19,453 nt of DNA from Amoeboradix gromovi X-113 (lineage: Eukaryota; Fungi; Sanchytriomycota). The stretch is from contig JADGIF010000108.1 in NCBI GenBank assembly GCA_018985225.1, forward strand, positions 1 to 19,453, given 5' to 3'. The first letter of the stretch is position 1. Each line of letters opens with the position of its first letter. The translations under genes and the position numbers were made by a program. A model generated the notes under the pieces. The model did no database searches and had not been told where the DNA came from. It saw nothing but the letters and a program-made list of their open reading frames with translations. Shown in pieces: positions 1 to 8,840 of the stretch.

Positions 1-110
1 ACCGACCTCAGACTAGGATTGCGATTAGGGATTAATCCAAATCCAAACCATATGTCTGCTACTGCTATGAGAAAGTTTTGAAGGAGTCCTCTTATATTTC
101 GGTCATCTTT

Positions 111-575
111 TGGGACACCAAATATAAAAACTGGACTAACTCGTTTTTAAAGGTGCTCCATAAGGAGGAAATGCTATCATTAATAAAAGATCTTCTATTA
201 TACCACTTTTCTTTCATTACTTTCAATCCCCTCTTCAAAATAAAACTAGATATGAGGTCTTTGAGCATCTAAGCAAAAGGTGCATTTTCTTAGACGTTAT
301 TCTTTTTTAGAGTCATTTTGTAATGTTATGCTAACATCATTACTCTTTTCTATTTCTTTGAAGTGTAATAGTGATATTTTATTTGAAATAAAGATTGGAT
401 GAATGAGTAAGAGAATAGCTGTACAGAATATTTATTTTTGAATTTCGATACAAAAAGTTATTTATCTTCCTTTTATACTCGTCAACTACGCAACTAGCTG
501 AATGTCCACTCGTCTCTTAAATAATGTTCCAAGTTGTTACAGAAAGTTAGTCCAGTTTTTATATTTGATGTCCCA
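111..575 (+). mobile_element. MITE-like non-autonomous element, copy 1 (465 bp)
   Basis: 30-bp terminal inverted repeats TGGGACACCAAATATAAAAACTGGACTAAC (111-140) and GTTAGTCCAGTTTTTATATTTGATGTCCCA (546-575) with 1 mismatch. The interior matches 14001-14518 and part of 18497-18948 in reverse orientation. No convincing coding capacity. Confidence 0.85.
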
Positions 576-596
576 CATGTATTTTTATATCCGTAA

Positions 597-1116
597 AAGT
601 TTAACACTACGAAGCCACAAAATTTGGCGCTGGAGTTGTTGATATTTCTAGAGGAATATTGGTACTATGGCGAATTACATAGTTTGGCCTTTGAAAAGTT
701 GAATCTGATGCGTGATGACATAACACACAGATAAGGAACGTGTTGTGTTGGTATTAAAAGACTGGTTTGAACACCAAGACAATTATGTGTATACAAGCCA
801 AGAGTGTTTGCAGCTCTTTTGGGCAATCTACAACCTAAAAGGATTTGCATCCGGCTTTAAAACAGTAATGGATGTCTCAAAATTTGATCACATGCATGAC
901 CCGATTCTTAGTTATTTGTTGGAACGATCTATTGGTACTAGTGTCGCACCTGATTGGACCAGGGAATTATTTAACACAATAAAAACACAATATCACTATA
1001 ATATTAGTTGTGTTTGTTTTAGGTGTCGAAAAGTCTCCGAATATCCTCATCAGAATAAACTTCAACCAAACCGGTTTGTTGTAAAATTGAATATTAAAAA
1101 AATATTGGTCAGCTGA
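597..1116 (+). pseudogene. Possible frameshifted coding remnant of unknown family
   Basis: An open frame at 597-734 (LALELLIFLEEYWYYGELHSLAFEKLNL...) is followed by a +1-shifted open frame at 724-1116 (DKERVVLVLKDWFEH...). No intron signal at the junction. It lies between MITE copy 1 and a MITE relic. No family recognised. Confidence 0.3.
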
Positions 1117-1124
1117 TTAAATAT

Positions 1125-1306
1125 CTCCTAGTCTAGTTTCTATAGTAAGTGTTAAATTATTTGGAATCATAATTGTCAACTCAATAGTTGTCCTGTATCT
1201 CTAGAACAAAGACTTAATGAAAGAATAGGAGAATAGCTATACAGACTATTCATTCTTGAAATTTGGATCCAAATTGTCTAGTCTAGTTTTTACAGAGCAT
1301 GTCCCA
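1125..1306 (+). mobile_element. Degenerate relic of the same MITE family
   Basis: 1229-1273 GAGAATAGCTATACAGACTATTCATTCTTGAAATTTGGATCCAAA aligns to 411-454 of copy 1. It ends in a TIR-like GTCTAGTTTTTACAGAGCATGTCCCA (1281-1306). Left boundary approximate. Confidence 0.65.
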
Positions 1307-1652
1307 AATGCTTCTGAATTATCCTCTTTCTCAAAAAAATCATTCTATGTGCGAGTATCTTCCAACAAGCAAAAGAGGATCTCGAAAGGCATATCAACAG
1401 GTTGTCCAAGGACTTACTGGGCGCCAGAATTGTCAAAGAAATTGTAATTAGACACATACTATAGACCATATGGCAGTAAAGAACATATAACTAGACAGAA
1501 ACACACTTAATTGTTGCCACTCTAGGTTTCTGCAAGCTGGCTTGTTAGTATAACAAGTCGATCGACTTTGTAACTACTTTGTGAATTTTTTGATTATCTC
1601 GAAAATCAAGAGTTTATAAAGAGACTAAGTTGATAAAATAAAGGCTTTAAAT

Positions 1653-1913
1653 TCAAGTTTTTACTATATCTTTCAAGAAATCGAACAGCTCGTTTCTATC
1701 TACACACTGTGCAATGGTTTCCGGAGATATTTTCTTTAAACTGTTTTCTTTTGCTATTTCACCAGCATCTGCTAATAGTTTAGCTAAAAACAATTCTAAT
1801 GCTTTAGATACTAGAACAGGTGCTGCTTGTGCCACTTTTCCGATTTCCTCATCTGTTTGCATAACTTTTTTAATTCTTGCTAAAGGAAAACTTGTTAATT
1901 TTACCTTTCCCAT
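1653..1913 (-). CDS. BUR6: NC2 alpha subunit (DRAP1/Bur6), histone-fold transcription regulator, 86 aa
   Basis: FPLARIKKVMQTDEEIGKVAQAAPVLVSKALELFL...FDFLKDIV is the DRAP1/Bur6 histone-fold signature. Start set to the ATG at 1913, because the longer track ORF overlaps the catalase 3' end. Confidence 0.92.
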   Translation of the reverse strand: MGKVKLTSFPLARIKKVMQTDEEIGKVAQAAPVLVSKALELFLAKLLADAGEIAKENSLKKISPETIAQCVDRNELFDFLKDIVKT

Positions 1914-1963
1914 TGTCTCAAAAAATAAAAAAATAAAATTTGCAATTTTTAATTGATTTATTC

Positions 1964-3409
1964 TTATAATCTTGCTGTACCTAGCCCTTGCTGAATCTTC
2001 TTTCCCAAATTCTCGTTTACCTTGTACCACCATTTCAATTGTCGTTCTTGAATATGCTTTTTAGCGTTTCTTAAAGCTCCTGATACATTGCTAGCCAAAT
2101 TTTCCTTCTCTTTGGTCGTCATCACATTATATAAGTTGTTAGCCTGTACAAAGTCGTCATCCGTCAACTTGACATCAAATCTTCCAATCAAACCGCTTAC
2201 ATGATGTGATGTGTAAGTAGTCTTACCACCTACTTGTTTGACAGTCGTATAGCTATTCGGCTCATAGTTGGGAGCACTACCGTAGTTGCCATTTACTGTC
2301 ATCGGCCCATCCCTCTGATGATTAGCTGTTTGGGCATTGTAAGCTCTGTTAATTGGGATTTGTTGATAATTAGCTCCCAATCTGTGTCTATGTGTATCCG
2401 GGTAACTGAACAATCGAGCTTGTAACATCTTATCAAATGAAGCATCAATACCAGGTACCATGTGACTAGGACTAAATGCAACTTGCTCTGTCTCTGCAAA
2501 ATAATTTTCAGGATTTCTGTTCAATACTAGCTTCCCTACTGGGATTAAAGGATAATCAGTATGACTCCATACCTTGGTTACATCCAAAATATTCCATTTG
2601 TAAGTCTCAGCTTGATCTGCAGTCATAATCTGGACATAAGCAGACCATGTAGGATATTGGCCCTTTTCAATAGCAACAAAAAGATCACGAGTTGCATAAT
2701 CGGGATCACTGCCTACCAGTTGTGTTGCCTTTTCAGCTGACAAGTTTTTGATTTTTTGGTCCGTCTTAAAATGCCATTTGCAGTAAACAAACTTACCATG
2801 AGAATCTACTAGCTTCAATGTATGGCTAGAATATCCATTTAAATGACGATAACCATCGGGTGTGCCACGATCACTGAATAGGATGCTTACTTGATGAATA
2901 GACTCAGGCACTAATGATAGAAAGTCCCAGAACATATCAGGATCCTTTAAATGAGTACGAGGGTTGCGTTTTTGGGTATGTATGAAATCAGGGAACTTTA
3001 TACCGTCACGGATAAAGAAGACTGGAGTGTTGTTACCAACCATATCCCAATTGCCTTCTTCAGTATAAAACTTGATAGCAAAACCACGAGGATCGCGCTC
3101 TGTGTCTCCCGAACCAGATTCGCCACCAACAGTTGAGAAACGCAAAAATACTGGAGTACGCTTACCTATCTTGTTCAAAAATTTTGCACAAGTGTACTTT
3201 GATATGTCGTGTGACACTTCAAAATAACCGTGAGCTGCTGCGCCCTTGGCATGGACAACTCTCTCTGGTATTCGTTCACGATCAAAATGAGCCAACTTTT
3301 CGATTAAATGATGATCTTGGATCAACACAGGTCCCTTAGGACCAACAGTAATGCTCTGTTGATTGTTATCGACTGGATTTCCATTAGCAGTGGTTAAAGA
3401 TGAAGACAT
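1964..3409 (-). CDS. CTA1: Monofunctional heme catalase (small-subunit), probably peroxisomal, 481 aa
   Basis: [15 protein letters not shown] active-site motif, [26 protein letters not shown] and [14 protein letters not shown] proximal heme-ligand motif. C-terminal ARL fits the PTS1 consensus. First in-frame ATG is at 3409. Confidence 0.97.
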   Translation of the reverse strand: MSSSLTTANGNPVDNNQQSITVGPKGPVLIQDHHLIEKLAHFDRERIPERVVHAKGAAAHGYFEVSHDISKYTCAKFLNKIGKRTPVFLRFSTVGGESGSGDTERDPRGFAIKFYTEEGNWDMVGNNTPVFFIRDGIKFPDFIHTQKRNPRTHLKDPDMFWDFLSLVPESIHQVSILFSDRGTPDGYRHLNGYSSHTLKLVDSHGKFVYCKWHFKTDQKIKNLSAEKATQLVGSDPDYATRDLFVAIEKGQYPTWSAYVQIMTADQAETYKWNILDVTKVWSHTDYPLIPVGKLVLNRNPENYFAETEQVAFSPSHMVPGIDASFDKMLQARLFSYPDTHRHRLGANYQQIPINRAYNAQTANHQRDGPMTVNGNYGSAPNYEPNSYTTVKQVGGKTTYTSHHVSGLIGRFDVKLTDDDFVQANNLYNVMTTKEKENLASNVSGALRNAKKHIQERQLKWWYKVNENLGKKIQQGLGTARL

Positions 3410-3552
3410 GGAACACAACAACAGATTTCCCCATTAGATAAATTTAAGAGAAAACTTTTTTGGAGAGTGAGAACTAATGAATTTCTAAAATAAATTAAGC
3501 TTGAATCATCGCTGAGCTGTTATATATAATAAATTTTAATTAACCCCTAATT

Positions 3553-4431
3553 ATGTCACAAATAGATGCTAATTTCCCAGTTGACATCGAAGGTAGAACA
3601 TACCATGTAGGTACAAAACTAGGGCAAGTAGCTAATAGAGTAATAACAGTTGGAGACCCTCTGCGTGCTCGAGTTATTTCTGAATACTTGGATGAAATTT
3701 ATTTTGAATTTACCTCGAAAAGAGGATTTTTAACCATTACTGGGAGTTACAAATATGTCCCTGTAAGTATAATTGCTATTGGTATGGGTTCTTCTATGAT
3801 GGATTTTTTTGTAAGAGAGGTTCGCCATGTCGTTCAAGGCGATTTGATCATTTTTAGATTTGGAAGTTGTGGTGCTATTAATAAGACGACACAGGGCAAT
3901 ATTGTTGTTGCTACGAAATCTGTTTTTGTATATAAAAACTATAATAAGTTTTATTCTAGTACTAGACAAGGATACGATATTGCACCAGTTCTGCTAGCAA
4001 ATGAAGAATGCTCAAAGATCCTAATTGGAGAGCTTAAAAAGCATTTGAAGCATGTAACCATCTATGAAGGGTTATGCGCAACTACGGATTCGTTCTACTC
4101 TTCTCAAGGACGTACGGGGTTGGAATTTAAAGATAACAATGAAACTCTTATCAATGACCTTTTAGTTGAACACCCTGACGCAGAAATTTTAGAGATGGAA
4201 GTATACCCGTTGTATCATCTCTCAGATATCTCAGCTGATAGTTCAATAAAATGCGTAGCGGCAGCGATGGTGTTTGCTGATAGAAAAAGAAATACATTTT
4301 TATCCAGAGAAAAAGCTACGTTACTAGAAAAAGAGGCTGCGAAATCTTTTTTAGAATCCATTATTCAAGTCAAGGTGAATGAATCTCATCGAAAATCAGC
4401 CGTATGGCCTTTAAGCGAAGTTCTTCAATAA
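3553..4431 (+). CDS. Uridine/nucleoside phosphorylase (PNP_UDP_1 family), 292 aa
   Basis: Motifs typical of uridine phosphorylases: GRTYH..., ITVGDPLRA, TITGSYKYVPVSIIAIGMG, RFGSCG, DSFYSSQGR, EME. Confidence 0.9.
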   Translation: MSQIDANFPVDIEGRTYHVGTKLGQVANRVITVGDPLRARVISEYLDEIYFEFTSKRGFLTITGSYKYVPVSIIAIGMGSSMMDFFVREVRHVVQGDLIIFRFGSCGAINKTTQGNIVVATKSVFVYKNYNKFYSSTRQGYDIAPVLLANEECSKILIGELKKHLKHVTIYEGLCATTDSFYSSQGRTGLEFKDNNETLINDLLVEHPDAEILEMEVYPLYHLSDISADSSIKCVAAAMVFADRKRNTFLSREKATLLEKEAAKSFLESIIQVKVNESHRKSAVWPLSEVLQ

Positions 4432-4702
4432 TAAACTAGTCCTTTAAATGTTTTCTATTGTGCTCTTGACAAAGAACAAATTGCTTGACGCAGAGCTTCG
4501 AAAAATAGAGCGGAAACAAATCAGAAGATCACTTCATGAAGAATATAGAGAACCATAAAATTTTCAGACTCTCTACAATAGACAAAGAGCAATATGAGAA
4601 GAAAGACATTTGTTGTGATAACGTTATGGTATTTATTGTTGGATACAAAAATGCGAGTAAGCATATGTGGATCAATATAGATCCCCTTTAAAACATTTAA
4701 GA

Positions 4703-6635
4703 ATGAGTTCAACGTCCAAGTTAAGTTCAATGATTGAACTAATCAGCGATCCGAGTCATGTAGACGTTGTGAGGAGCTTTATTAATAATTCAAATTTGGA
4801 AGATTTGTTTGAGCAGATTGAAGGATCAACAAATAACTCACTACTTCATTGGATTTGCTATAATAATCAGGTGGATTTGTTAGAACTGTTTTTTAAATTT
4901 GACAATAGTTTATTTAACCCTTTTAGTAAGTATCCGGCTCTAAACATTTTCTTTTTAAGATCAGGTGTTTTGAATGCTACACCACTTCACTGGGCCTGCC
5001 GTCAGGGCTCTATAGATATCGTGATGTATATTATCGCCTGGGTGGATCAATACTGTGAATTTGAAGAAAAGAATTCTGTCCTATTCGCTCTATTTAATTC
5101 TATGGACAATCAAGGGTTTACTCCGTTCACTTGTGCTGTGCTAAGCAAAGACGATTTTCTGGCTTTCACTATTCTCGCTTCTTGTAGTAGTTTAGATCTA
5201 CTGACTAAATTGGACTGCGATGGCCGCTCCGTTTATCATTGGATGGGCTATCACGGCATATTCAATATGATTTTATATTACGCCAAAGACTACGGCTGTC
5301 AATTCAAGGACATTTTAACCGTTCAGGATTACCAAGGGTTTACACCCCTTCATTGGGCTGCATGTAAAGGACATTATTATTCAGTCTTTTTACCGTTTCT
5401 AAATCTTTTAAAATTAGAGATGAGCTCCGCTGAGATAGACGCACTCTTCAAAGTAAAGAACAAAGAGAGCTATTCCATTTATGACTATTCTTTAATTCAT
5501 GATAAATACCTCTGGCTAAATCGTCAGCTATACCCTAAATCCAAGTATTTCTCGGTTCTCTTCTCCCTTTTTACTCTTTTTGCTATTGTTTTCGGCATAT
5601 TGCTGCCTTGGTATATTTATATAATAGTTATCCCTCTTTCTATATTCCTTAGTGTTCATTCGATTCAGCACCTATATGCGGGTGAACGTAATCCTAGCAT
5701 AATTCATCAAGGTTTATATTTAAGTGGTCTAGTTCTTAGCACCGGACTGTTTGGTGTGTTTTTCTCTGTTTACATGATATTGGGTGGGTTTTACCTGCCA
5801 TTAACTACTATAGTCATGATTATAACAATGTTTTTCTGTTTGTTTAAAACATGGAATAAAGTACCATCAATACCTTCGTTGACTAATGAGTTGCATATAA
5901 GGAATCTGTTAATATCATTACACTCGAAAAAACTTTTGAACAAGGACCATATCTGTACAACTTGCATTGCTCGCAAGCCATTAAGGAGCAAACATTGTAA
6001 GGAGCTAAATGTTTGTGTTGCTAAATTTGACCACTACTGCCCTTGGACATCAAGTGTAATTGGTCATCATAACCATACGTGGTTTTACACGTTTATTGTG
6101 GTATTGCTGCTTTGTATAATTTTGTTTATTACTAGCTGTTTACTCTACTTACAGGAGACAGCTAGCGTTGAGAGTATAATAGACTGCTTGAACAATGATA
6201 CAAGTAGTGGGTTATTAATTTCTATTTGTAATGGAGCTCTTTACCATCCTATGCTCTTGGTGTTTATGGGATGGTTGTTAATAAATGGAATATGGACACT
6301 ATTTGTGTTTGTCTCCCAAAGTGTGTTGATTATGTGGAATATGACGACCAACGAGCAAGTCAATAAGCACAGATATGGATATTTGAATTACAAACAAGAC
6401 TCCGATATTGAGTTGACAGAGCAAAGAAAGCACCCAAAGTACTACTTGGCAAACAATAGACAGTACAACGAAATAGAGTAATTTTTTTTAATACAGTTCA
6501 CCAAAAGGACGAAATGTATTTAACAGAGGGTTAAAAGATAATTGTATACAATTTTGGAATGAAAAAAGATCTAGTATTAATGTAGATTATACGCAATTAT
6601 ACACGGACGATGAGATTTTTGAAAAGCTGTTATAA
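4703..6635 (+). CDS. AKR1: Ankyrin-repeat DHHC palmitoyltransferase Akr1-like; exons 4703-6477 and 6497-6635, 637 aa
   Basis: Ankyrin repeats (ATPLHWA, FTPLHWAA), TM helices, CTTC...KPLRSKHC...CVAKFDHYCPW (DHYC variant as in yeast Akr1) and TTNE. Removing the 19-nt intron adds RNVFNRGLKDNCIQFW (PaCCT-like motif) and gives a stop overlapping AATAAA. Confidence 0.93.
6478..6496 (+). other. 19-nt spliceosomal intron in AKR1
   Basis: GTAATTTTTTTTAATACAG. Splicing restores the conserved DHHC-family C-terminal motif in the correct frame. Confidence 0.88.
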
Positions 6636-6673
6636 ATAAATGTTCAGTTTTGATTTTTAGGCCATTTTTGATA

Positions 6674-7300
6674 ATGGAAAAATCTTCGCAACTTTCACAA
6701 TTTGTTGACAGGTTTAAGTTAGAACAAGTTAATAGCTTGTATGCAGTGTACAAGTCATACTTGCCATCAAAATTGCCAATTTCACCAGTAAACATTCATC
6801 AATATTCACTAGACAAGATTCCATTTAAATCATTGCTTATGACCCATTGTGGGTTTGTTGATACTTTAATACTGGATAGGATATTTAAATTCTTTGATTC
6901 TAATAATGACAACAAGATTACATTTGAAGAGTTTGTAAAGGGTATGCATGTGCTGGCAAGTCAGGATTCGAATCAACAGGCTTCCTTCAGCTTTTACATT
7001 TATGACTTAAATGGTGACAAATTCATTACCAAAGAGGAGATGATGCAGTTGTTAAACAGACAAGAAGAAGATGATGAAATGGACAGGGAACTGATTGAAA
7101 TTGCGTTAAAAAAGTTAGATGAGGACAAAGATGGTAAGATTAGCGAGTCTGACTGGCTTGTTGGTGTCAACAAAGAGCCATTGCTGTTACAAGCATTGGG
7201 CAAGTGTTTGCCATCTAGCGTACAGTTAGACACTGTGCTGAGCTATCCTTCCGAGCCTTGGATGGCTGTTTTAGAAAAGGTTTTGGCTATTAGTAAATAA
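6674..7300 (+). CDS. EFCAB1: Calaxin/EFCAB1-like EF-hand Ca2+ sensor, 208 aa
   Basis: Three EF-hand loops (DSNNDNKITFEE, DLNGDKFITKEE, DEDKDGKISESD). Also calaxin-like segments LDKIPFKSLL...ILDRIF, LIEIALKKLD and EPLLLQALGKCLP. First ATG at 6674. Confidence 0.82.
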   Translation: MEKSSQLSQFVDRFKLEQVNSLYAVYKSYLPSKLPISPVNIHQYSLDKIPFKSLLMTHCGFVDTLILDRIFKFFDSNNDNKITFEEFVKGMHVLASQDSNQQASFSFYIYDLNGDKFITKEEMMQLLNRQEEDDEMDRELIEIALKKLDEDKDGKISESDWLVGVNKEPLLLQALGKCLPSSVQLDTVLSYPSEPWMAVLEKVLAISK

Positions 7301-7345
7301 TTTACTCGTAGTATAAAAAATTAGAGTCATTTTTGAAACACATCA

Positions 7346-8803
7346 ATGGCAAAAAAGGTATTCACTCAAAAAGAATTAAAGAATTTAGATATTTTTGAGT
7401 ACAAAAGTGTCTGCTATTCTATTTTAACCAATACTATTTTGGATCCATTATATTCCATCATGGTATATTTAATCCCGATGTCAATTACTCCAAATCAGAT
7501 CACTGTCTTTAACGGGCTTCTTTACACCATTTTTACAGTTATTTTCACTACTAGCTTTTATTCAGATGAGCATCCGTTATTGTCCAAGATATTTGATACG
7601 CCTGTTGTACTAAATCAAAGTGTCAGCAACATTTTTGAATCATATGGTTTCTATCTTAATGCATTCTTTCTTGTGCTCTATCAATGCTTAGATAGCTTGG
7701 ACGGTAAACAGGCTCGCCGTACCAAATCTTCCACCCCCATTGGTCACCTATTGGACCATGGCATCGATGCACTAGTTACTGGACTAGTGTGCATTAACTT
7801 GTTCCATTTACTGGGATTAAGTAATAACCAATTTTACGCGTACCTTTCTTGCTGTTTAGTTGTATTTTTTTTAAACACTTGGGAAGAATTTCACACAAAA
7901 GTGTTATATTTTGGTTTACTGAGTGGTGCTGTGGAAGGCTTATTTGCAATGAGCGGCTTGCTCATACTTTTCCCTTCTAAAGAACATTGGCATTACAAAA
8001 TGATTCAGAATTCGCAGATTATTGGGGCGATTGAATTGATTTGCCGCTTTGTTTTGAACAGTTTGATATCAGTAACTTCAGCAGTCAGTGACCTGCTCTT
8101 AAAGGTCGACGATGTGATTAGTGTTCACGTAGTCAATTCCTTTACAGACAAGCTCACAGCTACATTAAATGCTGCTGTTTCGTTTTTGTCTAAATCTCGA
8201 ACTGACGACAACAAAAAGGCTCCATTGCAGGAGTTGTATGCCTTCTTGGTTGGCAAGCAGGGGTTATTTAACTTTACTCTCGGAATGAATCTAATCCAGC
8301 TATTGATCATTATTTCAATCACTTTTACCGCAGTCAGTTCATTATCTTGCATTTTCAATGTTTTGCGTAAAAAGAAGCTTAGTGGTTTGGTTAAAACTGC
8401 TCAATTCATCCCATACTTTGGTGTAAATGCTATGGTGCTGTATTATCTCATTACATCTCCACTAACAGCTGAACCTAAACAATTTTTGTTCTTAATATTT
8501 GGTTGGGTGTTTACGTTGGCATATGCAAACGTATCTATTACATGTGCCAGAATATTAAACAACGCGTTCCCTGTTTTCCCAAAAGTTTATTTAGGCTATT
8601 TTGCATTAATAATCCTTAAATTGGTACACTTGGATATAATTCAGTAACTTGAATGCTAATGTAGATTTGCGCTACTTAAGAAGCTGAGAGAAGAACAGGC
8701 TATAATGTTCATATTCCTTTTTGGAGCAAGTGAGTATTACAAGCTGTTGATGGCGGTGCACACTGAGTTTGGGGAATACTTGAAAAGCAAGAAGAAAAAA
8801 TAA
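7346..8803 (+). CDS. EPT1: Choline/ethanolamine phosphotransferase (CDP-alcohol phosphatidyltransferase); exons 7346-8643 and 8665-8803, 478 aa
   Basis: PNQIT, DSLDGKQARRTKSSTPIGHLLDHGID catalytic motif and TWEEFHT. Removing the 21-nt stop-containing intron adds a final hydrophobic segment and a terminal KKKK (dilysine-type ER signal). EPT1 versus CPT1 not resolved. Confidence 0.9.
8644..8664 (+). other. 21-nt spliceosomal intron in EPT1/CPT1
   Basis: GTAACTTGAATGCTAATGTAG with a canonical GCTAAT branch site. It contains the in-frame stops, and 45 open codons follow. Confidence 0.85.
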
Positions 8804-8840
8804 AGATTACGAAATAAATTAACTGGGAATACTTGTTTTA

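Noticed and set aside
78-272. 64-aa ORF (and similarly the ORF at 18612-18836)
   Set aside because: They run through MITE sequence, and the frames are not conserved between copies.
1914-2033. N-terminal extension of the NC2-alpha ORF in the track
   Set aside because: It overlaps the catalase CDS and a poly-T spacer. Homology begins at the ATG at 1913.
7293-7311. Possible 19-nt intron GTAAATAATTTACTCGTAG over the calaxin stop
   Set aside because: It lacks the YTAAY branch motif at the fixed position and would change only the last residues, so it cannot be tested from sequence.
6479-8647. Stop-codon reassignment (TAA read as sense) as an explanation for the truncated AKR1 and EPT1 ORFs
   Set aside because: Conserved genes end cleanly at TAA, TAG or TGA with no internal stops. 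AKR1 and CorA need frame changes that only intron removal provides.
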